Source: Selaginella moellendorffii (taxonomy: Eukaryota > Plantae > Lycopodiophyta). From it: 64,000 nucleotides of DNA. The notes under the pieces are model-generated. The model had not been told where the DNA came from. It did not search any database and worked only from the letters and a program-made list of their open reading frames with translations. Position 1 is the stretch's first letter, and every line of letters begins with the position of its first letter. The translations under genes were made by a program, and so were the position numbers. This document shows, piece by piece, positions 11,795-24,947 of this stretch. The stretch is from contig NW_003314306.1 in the NCBI RefSeq assembly GCF_000143415.4, forward strand, positions 337,087 to 401,086, read 5' to 3'.

Positions 11795-13414
11795 TCACGG
11801 CGGCTCTAACAATTGCATCCCAGTATCTGGGAGATCCGGGCAAGCCATGGCGGCGCCACCACTCTCTCTCCCACTCAAGCTAAATCCATCCTCTCGGCAC
11901 GATAGCTTCTTCGATGGCGCAAAGTGGAAGCAAGGATCACTGGAAACGCTGGGCCAGCAAGGATCATCCCGCCAAGGCTTGAGGAAGTACGGAGTTAATC
12001 CCGCCAGTCCCTGGGCCGTATAGCCAAACGTGGACATGTGACTCGTCAGCAACACGTCAGCAAGGCTCAGGGACCAAATGTCCACGAGGGCCCTCTGCTG
12101 GTGGTCCACGTCATCGCGCTGCTCCTCGTCAGCACCCAGCGTCACGAGCTCGAATCTCTGCCCCGTCTGGGACTCCACGTCGCGCAGGCTCGCGTTGAGC
12201 TTGGCGGCGTGCTCGCCCACCAGGGACGCGACGTAGACCGCGATGTAATCGTCGCTGGCGATGGATTTGTTCTTGGATTCCAGGAACTCGTCGATCTCGA
12301 TCGGGCAGAGGCCGGATTTGGATCGAATGCAGCGCGGCACCGATGCGTCGTAGTAGTCGCGGTAGTCGCCCTTGGATTCGCGGAGCTGGACCGCGATTCT
12401 TCTCGATGCGCCTCGGAATTTCATGCTGTGGAGCGACTGGATGGATCCCCAGACCTCGTCGCTAGGGTTGAGCAGGAAGCCGGCTAGATTGTGGAAGACA
12501 CGGCGCTCCGGGAAGATCGCCTCGAGGATTGGGCGCAGGGATGGATTGAGGAAGAATCCCGCCGCGAAGTACTGGTTGCTGTTCCTGAAATTCAAGACTG
12601 GGATGTTCCTGACCGATGCCATGGCAGACGGGCAGACGAGGAATCGGTGTTCTTCCGGCTTGGTGTTGGCGGAGAAGACGATCGGGAGGACGGGCTGGGA
12701 GCGGCACGCGTCGGATCGAGCGAGGCGGCCGCGGCAGCGCGCATAGAAATCCGGGAAAGAGATGGATTGATCGTCCTTGAGGGAGAGGCCGCGCGGGAGC
12801 TTCCAGTGTGAATCGATGAAGGGCTCGCAGAAGAGGCGATCCCAGGAGGGAGATTCTTCGAGGAGGAGGACGCGCTGGGAGAGGATGGCGTAGAGGAATG
12901 TGGAGACGAGGGACATGAGCTTGTTGCCCAGGCCGAAGGTACAGCTCCACACGATGTAGCGGCACTGGCTGGGATTCGTGATCTTGGCGGTGTTCTTGGC
13001 GATGATGTGGTGGAGATTGTCGTGGTCGCGCGCGACGCAGGCGCTGTGCATGGCCGAGTAGCGATCGAGCAGCGCCTGGAGCGCCGGCGATCGATCCGTC
13101 GCGTACCTATGAAGCGATGCTCCATTGTCACTCTTGAATTTGCAAGAATTCCTTGGAGGAGGATCGCGATTCTTGGGCGCGGCCAGGATTTTGAGCTGCT
13201 CGTCCATGGCCGCGAGGATTTTGCACACGCCGCCCTCGCCCGGGCTGGCGACTGTGGCGCATGATCTCAATCCTCGCCGGAGCTGCTCTGGAAATGTGGC
13301 GTCCAGGGATTTGCTCCAGTTTTTGGCGCTCGAATTCCGCGAATTCGCTGCATCGCAGGGCGAGAAGATGAGAATTCCAATGAATACTGGCAGCCAGAAT
13401 TTCTTGAGATCCAT
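11795..13414 (-). CDS. FUT: GT37 family alpha-1,2-fucosyltransferase (xyloglucan/AGP FUT-like), intronless
   Basis: N-terminal hydrophobic anchor; motifs CRYIVW...GLGNKLMSLVSTFLYAILSQRVLL, LFCEPF, IAVQLR, ALVDIWSLSLADVLLTSHMSTFGYTAQGLAGLTP, SSDPCFH. Confidence 0.92.
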   Translation of the reverse strand: MDLKKFWLPVFIGILIFSPCDAANSRNSSAKNWSKSLDATFPEQLRRGLRSCATVASPGEGGVCKILAAMDEQLKILAAPKNRDPPPRNSCKFKSDNGASLHRYATDRSPALQALLDRYSAMHSACVARDHDNLHHIIAKNTAKITNPSQCRYIVWSCTFGLGNKLMSLVSTFLYAILSQRVLLLEESPSWDRLFCEPFIDSHWKLPRGLSLKDDQSISFPDFYARCRGRLARSDACRSQPVLPIVFSANTKPEEHRFLVCPSAMASVRNIPVLNFRNSNQYFAAGFFLNPSLRPILEAIFPERRVFHNLAGFLLNPSDEVWGSIQSLHSMKFRGASRRIAVQLRESKGDYRDYYDASVPRCIRSKSGLCPIEIDEFLESKNKSIASDDYIAVYVASLVGEHAAKLNASLRDVESQTGQRFELVTLGADEEQRDDVDHQQRALVDIWSLSLADVLLTSHMSTFGYTAQGLAGLTPYFLKPWRDDPCWPSVSSDPCFHFAPSKKLSCREDGFSLSGRESGGAAMACPDLPDTGMQLLEPP

Positions 13415-13773
13415 GAGAGGGGAAAGAACACTTTTTTTCTACTAGTGTCGGCTGTCAAGAAATTTTAGGAGTGCCAAGAATGATAATCCCTCCCTCCCCA
13501 CCCTCTAACTGTCCCACCGTGATCCAAACAATTATAAATTCTTTGGTATATTCTTATTTTGCTTACTTACTTTAATTTTCTAGGGTTTATGCATGCAATT
13601 ACACAACTTTGGACAAAAAAAATTTAGTTTTCGAAGTCAATGACAGTAAAGACTTTCGTTGACTACCATTGACTTTGAGCTCAACTCATAAGCTGAGCTC
13701 AATTTTCCCGAACAAGTCTTTGAAAGCAAAGCACAAAACTAGTTTGGAACTGGTCAACTTACAAATGTGCCTG

Positions 13774-14396
13774 CTACACTGCTAGCCTCCATCTTCCTTT
13801 GGCCCGTCTACGCCTGATAATCCGTCTCCCTGCTGGAGTCCTCATCCTGCGCCAAACAAAACTTGGCTTTGATCCGCGAGAAAGTGACTGTGTACTTCAC
13901 TCACCTCACGAGAAATCCATGAGTCCTTTTCCGCTTCTTGTTGTTTGGCTGATAAGTCCTCTTGGGCATCATGATCATCGAGCTAGGAGTGACAAATCCG
14001 AAAAGAAAAAGAGATTCTCAAACTAAAACCGAAGAGAAAGAACAGCGATTACCTCTCGTCGGCATCCAAGATCTCGGGGCATTTCACTGTCAAATTCCAG
14101 GCCTATAGTCTCTACAATGCAAGTAATTCTTGAAGCGTACCCTCATCGTGAGCTGACCATGGCGCTGGACCGTTTGCAGGCCAGGGCAAAGGCAATCCCA
14201 CAGGAATCAACAGAGCTAGGTCGTCGGATGGAGTTCCAAACCCCTGCATTGCATTCCACGGCGCGTCTGGACTTTGGCGCCCTTGCACTGCCCTCCACAC
14301 CTGATGATCCTCACACAATGCCGCCCAGCGCCGCCCAAGAATCTGCCCGCCGCTCCGCCAGGGCGCCGCGCGATTCATCACTTGCCGCCAAGCCAT
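13774..14396 (-). CDS. rpl34: Mitochondrial-type ribosomal protein L34 (bL34m), 4 exons
   Basis: Spliced C-terminus [23 protein letters not shown]|[23 protein letters not shown] is the bL34 signature. Arg-rich N-terminal extension from the ATG at 14396. Three GT-AG introns of ~54-70 nt. Confidence 0.9.
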
Positions 14397-14529
14397 CCTT
14401 TCCCCTATTTTAGGGTTCTTGGAATTCTATTTGATAAACTTTAGGGCAAAGATCCGTTTCTTCTTTAAATTTTGTACTTTAATTTTTGAGTATATTCTAT
14501 TACCCTTTAGGGTTTATGATCTTCTAGGC
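14397..14529. promoter_or_regulatory. 133-bp bidirectional promoter between bL34m and the spastizin homolog, with telo-box-like elements
   Basis: Divergent ATGs at 14396 and 14530; ttagggtt at ~14411 and ~14507, ttagggc at ~14441. Confidence 0.65.
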
Positions 14530-17500
14530 ATGGAAGAGAATGGCAGAGGAGGGGCGATGGCGCTGATGGAATCCCGGCCTCGGGACCAACAGCAGAAGGA
14601 GGAGGGCGAGGATCGCGATGGCGAGGGTGAATTCCTGGCGACGGACGAGGAGCAGATCCTGGCTCGCGTCGCCGCGAATCATCTCTTCCTAGGTCAGTTT
14701 GAGGCGTTCCGGGCAGCGATCAAGACTCTGTCCGACAAGAATGCGATGGCCGCGATCGCATTGCTGCGGGCCGTGGTGGTTGTCGGTGGCCGCATGCCAG
14801 GTGTTTTGGTGGAATCGCCAGCGCAGCTCGCATGGATGTGTGTTTTGGAGTTGGAAGAACTGGACGGGACTTCCATTGCCGGCATCGAGCTCGTCAGGGA
14901 ATTGGTGGAAATGCTCCTCCTGCTGGAGATGCTAGAAGGGAAAATCACTCTGGATGGTGCTGGGAAAAGGGAGATAGGTGATGGAACTTTAGGATCGAGT
15001 AGTAGTAAGGCACAGGGCAGTGGTGTCGACGCGACGGGAGAGTGTGTAGATAGTGAAGCGGCGAGTCGAGTGATAGACGCGGGGTTTTCGCACGATATCA
15101 CCTTTTTTTTCCTCGGACGATTGGAGGGGCTGCTTGGTTCTTCGCAGCAGGGCCGTGTAAATTCTGGTTTTAGCGCAGAGCAGCTGGAGAAGTTGGAGAG
15201 CTGGGTCGAGTGTTACACCGTCGCTCAGCCTGAGACGATGGCTGCGATTTGTAGAAATATTCGAAGGCAGAGCGAGCTTGATGAGGAGTTCCGCGGGGAT
15301 GGTTTCGGTTTTATCTTTCTTCAGCAGGTGCAGCTTGTTCATTTGAAGCGCATCAAAGAGTTTGTCGATCGAGGGGAATTAGAAAAAGGGATTTCCCACT
15401 TGAAGTACCTGGACGAGCGTTGTGGAGTCCCGGAGGCTGACTTCAGGTGAATCTATGCATTGATTGTAACTCATTGTTTGAGTTGTTCTGGTTCTGGCAG
15501 CGAAGTTGTATCGCTACTAGGTGACCGGTGCGTTGTGGCTGACAACAAAAGGCTGTTCTCCTTGGCTTATGAAGGCATTCTTTCTTCTGGTAGCACCCGA
15601 TTGCTAAGTGTGTTGGAGGTAAGTCTTCGTGCTAACGCGACTTTCTGGCTCATCCTCGTCTGGTTTGCTGCTTCCAGGCTTCCCAGGATAAGCCTATTCA
15701 GGCTGAACAGGAAGTTCAAGGTGTTATTCCACGTCCATTTTGGAGTTTGCATCAGCAACGTGAAGCCTTGCAGCAACAGAATGTGTCAACGGTCGAGACA
15801 GTATTGCGGGAGTTCATGCGAAACGCTTTTCATCATTCTCGGGCGAAAGGAGAGCACGTCCTTGAGACAGCTACGAAGATTGCTCTGGATGCCATCAGGA
15901 CGTCTCAACTCGAGCTTGCGGCAGATGTATGTATGCTTCCAGCCATTGTATCGTTTCTTACTGCATCCCTCCGCATTCCTTCGCATTGCACACAGGTAGA
16001 CAGACAGATAGATTCTAATAACCTCATAAGCCTGAGTTTGATTTGTATGGGACTGTTTGGCAGGCTCTTGTAGTAAGTAATGTGTATGTGTTTTCCTCTT
16101 CAGGTTCTTGTTCCGTTTCCTAGGCTTCGCCCATTAGTTGCGGCCATGGGTTGGAACCTCTTGACGTGCAACACAACCGGCCGTCGTAATATGATGGAAA
16201 TTCTTTGGTATTCGGAATCGAAACTCGGTAAAGGCTTTCCTACCTCAGGAAAGCTTGTCCATGAAGTAAGTTCTCTTCGACCGTGTAAAACGTTTTGCTG
16301 AGTTGCATTCCTTGCAGGTTTCGTGCATTGAAGACCTGTGTGATCGACTTTGCTACAACTTGGAAGTAGCGTATTTTGTAGCACAAGTAAAATCCGGCTC
16401 AAGAAATGAGTTTGAAGGGCCTCGCTTGCTAAAGAGTGAATCAACAGTACCGTCGGACAGTTTTGCAGAAAATCTTGTTCTTGAACGTCTTGCTGATGAG
16501 TCCCCTCTTCGTGTAAGTTCATCCATTAAAACTCTTGCTAATGAACGAACAAGCGGGCTGTAGGTTATCTTCGATATGATACCGAATCTAAGATTGCGAG
16601 ATGCGGTAAATTTGTTGAAACTTCAGCCGGTTTCTTCATCTCTGGATTTGATGCATAGGTATGACGTCCGAGGTTTTGCGTCATCTGTTTGCTAACGTTC
16701 GGTCTTAAAAGGCATAATGATTTGGAACTTCTATATATGCATTATGCTCTTCAGGCTACAGCAGTAGCAATGATAGCAGTGACAGCAGAAGATAAAATTA
16801 AGACGGCGGGCTTGACATCGTTGAGTGAGCTTCAGCAACATCTCGAAGCGATAAAAACTCCAGTCCGCCGAGTAAGTGGAGAAATGAACTGTGGTGTGTA
16901 TTAACTTGTGTTTGTTTTCAGCTCTGGATGCTCGGTATGATCGTCACATTCCTTCAAATGGAGGAGGAGCACGTTTTGGAAGACATGCCTATTGAGGAGG
17001 CTTTACAGTCGCTAGACACTTCTCAACGATTAATTGAGGACCGTGAACAACCTGTCATGCTTTTTGTGAGGCGCACGCTGGAAATACTGCATCGCTATCT
17101 CCCTCCCTCGGGTTTCAGTTTGGCTTATGGGAAAGCCAAACTTGATCCGGAATGGAGGGAGTGCTGGGAGAACGAGCGCCTCAAAATAAGCCGTTTTGTC
17201 GAGGACTGGAACTGGCGCTTGCTAGTGGTTGAAAGACTGATTTTGCGTCCTGAAGAACAACTGTCGTGGAAATCAGCTCTTGGTATTCTTCACTCCGCAC
17301 CTCTTTCACTGCTAAACATGTAAGTTGCTTGGTTCTTTCTTTCTTTCTTTCTTTCTTTTCTTTTGTGTTTTGTTAATCCTTTCCCATTCGGGTCTCTAGG
17401 TGCATTTTGAGATCTGAATATGACTTAGCTAAGGATGCAGTCCAGCGGTACTCGCTTACGCTTGAAAATAATGTGCTACTGCATTTGGCTGAATGGCTTC

Positions 17501-20500
17501 ATAATGCTGCTGGGGAAAAAAAGGTATGGGTTCCGCTTTGACGCTTTGGCATTTGTACTGAACTTTCCTTCAGGGTCCAGAAGAATTACAACGCTTTACT
17601 CGTTCATTGGCGCCAGAGTCAAGTGTAAGCTGATATTTTTAAGATCCACATTCGAGTTTAACGAAATTTCAGTGTGTAACTTGTTTGGATGTTGCTGCAA
17701 CGCGCACATCATCTATTGAGACCTCCATGCTGCTTTTGGAAGAAGTAAGGGTTGAAACACAATTTCTCTGTGATTCACATCTCTTTCCATTTCCAGTCAC
17801 GATCGTTGGTATCTGAGGCCACACATGAGCAGCATTTCGTACCACTTTTCAAGCGTGTTCTTCAAAGGTTTTACGAGTTGCTGGAACAGGTCGGGCTCTA
17901 TTTCTTTCGCGTGTTTCGTGTGTAACACTTTGCGTTTTTCAGGGTCATAATCAACCCCTTCCTGTTCTTCTCTCTGGCACTAGTGCTTTTTCTGGCTCCG
18001 AAAGCCTGCGCCAGGGATCAAAGCAGCGGGCCTTGACCATGTTACATCAGATAATCGACGATGCACATAATGGGAAAGGCCAGTTTTTAAGTGGTAAGTT
18101 CGTTTAATACCTGTTCGAGCTTGTTTAATTTTCTTGTGTAGGCAAGCTTCACAACCTTGTAAAGGCCTTAGCGGATGAGGAGCACGAGGATCCTGCCTCG
18201 AGGCTGTTATTTTATCGAAAGCAGCAGGAGAATGGTTTCGCACTTGGTCTGGGATTTCGTCCTTTATTATTGAGGACACATGAAACAGCCGGAAGCACTG
18301 ACGAGGCCTTACATCAAAGGCCGATAGGAAGGAGATATTTGGGACCGTTGCTGAACAAGCCTATGGCTTACTTGTCCGCGTTCATCCTCTATGTGGCAAC
18401 CATTGGAGATATTGTCGACGGTGTGGATACAACTCACGACTTCAACTTTTTCTCGCTTTTGTACGAGAGTCCGGGTGATGTAAGAATGTTTCAGAGGATT
18501 TCCATTTTATATTTTCCCATGGAATTTATCTATTTTGCAGTTGCTAACTCGACTAGCATTTGAGAGGCGCAGCACGGATGGAGCTGCTAAAGTTGCTGAA
18601 GTGATGGGAATAGATTTGGTGCATCAAGTAATTTCTGCTTGTGTGTCGCCAGTTCTTCCTCCCAGCGCATCAACAATTTCTCAGCACCCATCCCATGAGC
18701 TGGACTTGGACACCATTAAGTTCTTGAGTACACTCTCCCCCGTGCGAACTATCCTGGCATGTGTATTTGGTAACAAGGACTCGAAAATTGGAAATGATTT
18801 TGCTGTCGAGCAAGCAGAAAGGTATCCTGTATTTTGCTAGTCGATGTTTCTCATCCGTTCCTTTGCTCACAGGTTTCCTTCATTGCAAAGATGGATTCAA
18901 ATGCAAGCGAATTTGCAAACACTTCGTGACTCATCTATTCTGTCACCTAAGGAGGCTCTTGTACAGAAGGAAACAAGTCCGAGACGCTGTAAACTCAAGC
19001 GCGCTAGAGATTCTGAACTATTAGCCGATGAAGACGATCATGACGAAAGAAAGCAGGCCGAAACTGACACACAAGCGGAAATTCCAGCTGAAGGTGCTGT
19101 CATCAAAGAACAATCTATTCCTGCTAATCACGTTTGGGAAGATGAATATCCATATCACGAGGCTGTGGAGAGGTAAGCGTTTATTTATACTTTTCTTTGA
19201 CATGTCTTTTCTCCTTTGTGTTTCTTCCAAAGCTTAATCAAGAATGGGAAGCTTGTAGACGCGTTAACTTTTGCCGATCGATGGCTAAAAGCTGGAGCTC
19301 CGGACAAACTCTTGCAACTTCTTATCGAAAGAGGTGAAGATAGCGCTCCGAGCTCTAGTCATTTGAGCCTCCACCATAACTTGTGGAACAGTAGCTGGCA
19401 ATACTGTATACGTCTGAAGGACAAACGCCTAGCAGCGACGCTTGCTCTCAAGTAAGGCATGTAATTTGTGTTGTATATCTGAAACACCGGCTTGGCGTTT
19501 AGGTACTTGCATCGTTGGGAGCTGGATGCGGCTATCGACGTGTTGACCATGTGTAGCTGCCATTTGCCCACTGATGATGTTCTTTATGAAGAGGTATTAG
19601 CAGTTTCGGGTTATTCTATCAACGTTGTGTCTAAATGCTAGTCTTGCAAAGGTCATTCGGGTTAAAAAGCATCTGCAACAGTACCGCCAAATATTGCGAG
19701 AAGACGTCAAGTTTGAGAACTGGCAAGAGGTTTGCGACATTATACTTCGCGTCTTGTTATGACTGTCTTGCCTTCAGGTTGAGTCCTTATGTGATAGAGA
19801 TCCCGAGGGCCTAGCTTTGAGGCTTGCTGGCAAAGGAGCTGTTACTGCAGCGCTAGATATTGCTGAGTCCTTCAAACTTTCAGATGACTTACGGAGGGAG
19901 CTCCAAGGTCGGCAGCTAGTGAAGCTACTTACAGCAGATCCCATAAGTGGTGGAGGTCCAGCTGAGGCTATCAGGTTTCTCGGTTCACTGAACAACCCCG
20001 AGGACGCATTGCCGGTTGCAATGGCTGCGATGGAGCAGCTACCAAATTTGCATTCTAAACAGCTTCTGGTAACATTTTGTTGACTTGAACCTTCTTACAC
20101 TATTAAAATTAAACTACCGCATGCAGGTACACTTTCTTTTGAAACGGCAGATTGGCGTTCTCTCGGAAGAAGAGCACGACAGGATGGATCGACTGGCATT
20201 GGGCCTCAAAATGCTTGGTGCACTTCCCTTACCTTGGCAACAACGATGCGTAGGCTTACACGAACATCCGCAGCTTATACTAGAGACACTCCTTATGTGG
20301 AAGCAATTCCAGGCAGCGTCACAGGTATCCAATAATTTTTTGGCTGTATTTTGGTTATAACTATATCGAGTTTTTGCAGCTTTTGAATGCTTTTCCATCG
20401 TTGCGCAATGACAAACTCATAATCACATACGCTTCAAAAGCTGTATATGTTGCACCTGCATCTCCCGAACGGCAAACACATTATCTTCCAATCAAGCCGG

Positions 20501-23500
20501 CCTCTGGGAACAAAAATGGCAATAACCGAAGATTCACCTGGACACCGAGAGACGCGAGGAATAAAATCGATGGTACCCGAAAGAGAAAAAGTACCCTTCC
20601 ACCATCACAGAAGGCCGCTTGGGAAGCTATGGCTGGGTATCAGGAGGATAGACCAATTGGACTCGGACCGGAAGGTTATGAGAAGCTTGCACCTCTAACT
20701 ATGACAGATGGAGTTCTCTCTGGTGATCCTGTCAAAGACGAAGCCGTTCGTAGCTTTCATAAGTACGACAGTGCACCTAGTTTTGTCTTGTTCAAGGTAG
20801 CTATCGCTGGTTGTTTTGTTTTGTTTTTATTCTCACTAGCGTACTGTGCAGGCACTTCTGTCTCTTTGTTTTGATCAAGCAAGTGCTGCCAAGTCTGCGG
20901 TTGAACTGGCCGTTTCTCAAGTCCAGAGTATTCTCAGTGCAGACTGCTTACCAGCTGGAGCGAGCTCGGAAGCAATTGAAAGAGCATTTCATGCAGCGGG
21001 AACTTTTGTCCAGGTACCACTTTCTTGGCTTGTTTCTTCTTCGCCAATCCTTTTTGCAGGTACTACTGGATGCTAGAACTCAGCTTCATAAACTCTTGGG
21101 CAACAAAGAAGCACCGAGCCAGGAAATTCCAGATACTGTTTCAGAGTCCGGTACTGACAGTCAGTCTGCGACCAGTCTCACGAAACTATTGTCAGAAGCT
21201 GACATATGGTTAAACCGGGTGGAACTGCTACACTTTTTACTCGGTTCTGGTGTCACTGCCTCTGTAGGCGATGTGGCAGACGAAACCTCGGCGCTTCTCC
21301 TTCGTGACCGTTTGATCCAGGAGGAGCGATATGGTATGGCCGTATACACATGCACGAAATGCAAGGTAACTATTTCTCGGTGCTGCTAGCTTTGTGTGAG
21401 ACCAATACTACTGTTCAGATCGACGTTTTTCCGGTTTGGGAAGCATGGGGTTACGCACTACTTCGGATAGAACATTATGCGCAAGCCAGGCTAAAGTTCA
21501 AGCAAGTATCTTTTTGTTTGACCATCTTATCACTCTAACCTGGCAACTTACAGGAAAGCATTTCAATTATACAAGGAAGATTCATCCAAGATTGTTCAGA
21601 GAATAGTTGACAATGTGGAGGCATGCCCTGCTGCTGATGTCCATGCTGCACGTTCTCTGTATGTTGTCATTCTCTCTCGACTTTGTTAACCTGTTTGCCT
21701 GCTATAGGTACGTTCACATGGCGAAGAGCGCTTCAAGCTCATCGGATGACTCGCTTTCCGCAGACTCATATTTGAACGTTCTTTACATACCAACATTCAC
21801 AAGAGCTGATCGATCCAGGAGGACTACGGAAGAGGCGTCAGAGCGACTTTCTTATTTTAATGCGGACGAGATTTCGGTTCCTTTGAGCAACTTGGATAAT
21901 GTCCGTTTCGAGGAATGCAAGTACTACTTGGACGAGGTAACTATTTCGATTTACCAGCTGGTAGATAATCAACTGTGGCTGGTTGGGCAGTATGGTCGTT
22001 CGCTGCTTCTTGGCTTCATGTTTCGACATGGTCGTTATCGTGAAGCTTGTTCGCTATTCTTCCCTGTGGGTACTCTTCCTCCAATTCCTGCAAACTTATC
22101 ATCTGGAAGCGTCACAAGCTTGACAACAGAATATGGAACAGTGGACGATTTATGTGACTTATGTGTTGGATACGGAGCTATCCCGATTTTGGAGCATGTG
22201 ATAGAGACTCGGATTTCTTCTGCTAGCAGCGAAGATACTCAAGTTTCGCAACATACATTTGCAGCTCTGACTCGCATATGCTTTTATTTCGAGACACACC
22301 GGCATTTCAACCATCTTTACCGGTTCCAGGTACCGGTTTCCTGCATGGTTGAACTTAAACTAAGGGGGATGGTTGTGCAGGTTTTGAAGAAAGACTACAT
22401 TGCAGCCGGTTTGTGCTGCATCCAGCTCTTTTTAAACTCTGCAACACAAGACCAAGCTCTTCGAAATCTTGAGCGTGCTAAGGTACGTTTCTTCATCAAT
22501 GGTTTGTGAATGATTGTGAGCTTATTTGAATGACAGGGTCATTTTGAGGAAGGGCTCCTTGCTCGTCAGCAAGCGATTGAGAACGTGAAGTCGGCTGCAA
22601 AGGCTTCTCGTGGAAAGAGTCCATCTGAAAAGCTGACTGACGAGGACTTGATAAAATTTTCTGCACGTTTGTCTGTTCAGGTACTGGCTCTTCTGAAACT
22701 TCGCGTGGGCCTGACGCTTATTTCATCTTGTTTTTCAGATGGAAGTGGTGAAATGCTTCAGCGACGCGGACGGCCCTCCATGGAAACGCTCTCTTTTTGG
22801 AAATCCTAATGACAACGATACTTTCAAGTGCGTATTTTCTTTTACCTCGCGTAGTTTCTCACGAGTGTTCATCGCGCTCCAGACGAAGGTGCGAAGTGGC
22901 TGAGGCGCTTGTGGAGAAAAACTTTGACTTGGCATTTCAAATAATCTATGACTTCGGACTTCCTGGTGAGTAATCACTCTTTCAAAAGTCGTGCATACCA
23001 TTGTCTGGCGTTCTGTTTGCAGCTGTCTACATATATGCTGGTGTAGCTGCTGCGTTGGCAGAGAAACGCAAGTACAATAACTTGGTAGACCTGCTACGAA
23101 ACATCAAAGGAACGATCGACAACGAGGACCTCGACCAGGTTATTATTTGGAAGGAGGTGTTTTGCAGCTAACGCTTTTATAACGTTCCAGATAATTGGAG
23201 CGGCCATTTCGGTCTATGCCAACAGGCACCGTGAGAGGCCCGACAGGCTTATTGAGATGTTGTCGAGTACTCACAGGTGCGTGGCGAGCTCTTTTGCTTT
23301 CCTTTTTGGTTAAACATTTGCCTCTGTGCAGGAAAGTCTTGGCGTGTGTCATGTGTGGACGTTTGAAAACGGCATTCCAGATCGCCTCTCGCAGCAACAA
23401 CATTGGAGATGTTGAATGGGTTCGGCAACAGGTAAGCAAGCAAGACACTTGCATGCCATGTTTTATCTTCTGTCTTCTTTTCTTTCCAGGCTCGAATGAC

Positions 23501-23555
23501 TGGCGCATTGCCAGTCGAAGACATGTGCAAGCAGTGGCTTGCGCGTGCATCCTGA
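14530..23555 (+). CDS. ZFYVE26: Spastizin / ZFYVE26 (SPG15) plant homolog, AP-5 accessory protein; about 35 exons
   Basis: N-terminus EEQILARVAANHLFLGQFEAFRA; HDFNFFSL; RELQGRQLVKLLTADPISGGGPAEA; LPLPWQQRC..LHEHPQLILETLLM; C-terminus KVLACVMCGRLKTAFQIASR...DMCKQWLA. These match plant ZFYVE26-like proteins as I recall them. About 34 introns, mostly 45-60 nt, traced by hand. Confidence 0.88.
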
Positions 23556-24352
23556 TCATCAGTTTGGCTTTTGTAAGTTTTGGCATGTATCATATCGCAC
23601 CGGTTTGTAAATTCGACACACAATACTCTCAATACTCTTCTTCTTTACGAGCTTGCAGGGTATAAGAGGTCTAACTATAGCTCAAAGTCTCAAAATCTCG
23701 ATCATAGAGCCTCCACGAAGTCCATGAACATGGCGGTCTGGTTCTTTTTTAGTTTAACCTGTGGACCTTTGGCACAAGCAGGCTGACAGCAGCGCTCTTA
23801 ATTTTTTACTTGTTACACGACGCAGGGCTCGCTCGCTGGCCTGGCAAGATTTTGAGGATCTCCACAGTAAGTTCTAGTGGCACTTGAGATTTTTAGAGAA
23901 GATAAATCGGTATCGCTACAGTTTCGATTTACATAGACATTTCTTTTCACGTTTGGCAGATGATCATTTTCGCACTATAGCTCTCTTCGAATTTTCGGAG
24001 AAGAGACGGGTCGGACACCATTGCGCGAAAAAGGTCTGCTTCTCTCTCTCTCTCTCTTTTTTCTTTTTTTTTTTTTTTTTTTGGAACTACCGGTCAATCT
24101 ATTTCTTACAGGTCAAAAAACGAATCAAAGAACGAGGAGAAGACAACAATATATTATGTCCGCAGAGCATCTCCATCCGAAGCACTGCAGCGATGGAAAC
24201 TTGCTATGGTGGTCAACAATTCGCAGCTAAGCTTTTCCAGTATATAATCAACCCATACTTCTCTCGGGAATGCCAGGGCCTTTCTCTCCAAAGAGGAAAG
24301 AAAGAAACCAAGGTCTCTCGAGCTCTCCATTAGTACACCTTCCAAAGAAGAA

Positions 24353-24931
24353 ATGGATCATAGAAGTTCTTGCAAAACTCTCTTCTGCGTGATCATCCTC
24401 GTCGCTCTCGCTCTCTTGATCCTCCCCGCTCGCGCCGCTCATCACTCCTCCAGTCCCAAATCGCCCAAGAGGCCCTCCACGTACAAGTTCTTCTGGCACG
24501 ACACCCTCCAAAACACGACGCATCCATGGACGAACACCGCCGCGGAGGTGGCCGGCCCAAACCACAACATCACCGGCCTGGGATTCGGCAAAGTCATCGT
24601 CTTCAACGATTCGCTCACGCTGGCGCCAGCGCTGGGATCCAAGCTCCTGGGCCGCGGCCAGGGCGTCTACATCTACGATCGCACCCAGGCCGGGATCGCC
24701 TTCAACGCGCTGCTCGTCTTCTCGGCGGTGATCGAGAACGAGGAGTACAATGGCACGCTCAACTTCATGGGAGCGGATCTTATCCTGGCGCCCAGCAGGG
24801 ACATCTCGGTGGTGGGCGGCACTGGCGACTTTGAGATGGCGCGCGGGATCGCGAACCTCGTCACGCATTCCATCGATGGCGATACGTTCATCGTCAATGT
24901 CACCAGTAGATTGTACTACCCAAACTATTGA
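24353..24931 (+). CDS. DIR: Dirigent protein, secreted, intronless
   Basis: Signal peptide; motifs FFWHD, FGKVIVFNDSLT, LLGRGQGVY, YNGTLNFMG, RDISVVGGTGDFEMARG. Confidence 0.95.
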   Translation: MDHRSSCKTLFCVIILVALALLILPARAAHHSSSPKSPKRPSTYKFFWHDTLQNTTHPWTNTAAEVAGPNHNITGLGFGKVIVFNDSLTLAPALGSKLLGRGQGVYIYDRTQAGIAFNALLVFSAVIENEEYNGTLNFMGADLILAPSRDISVVGGTGDFEMARGIANLVTHSIDGDTFIVNVTSRLYYPNY

Positions 24932-24947
24932 TTGATCGATACTGCCA

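Noticed and set aside
13511-13540. snRNA-type USE plus TATA (gtcccaccgtg...ttataaat)
   Set aside because: USE is mismatched, spacing is too short and no snRNA sequence follows
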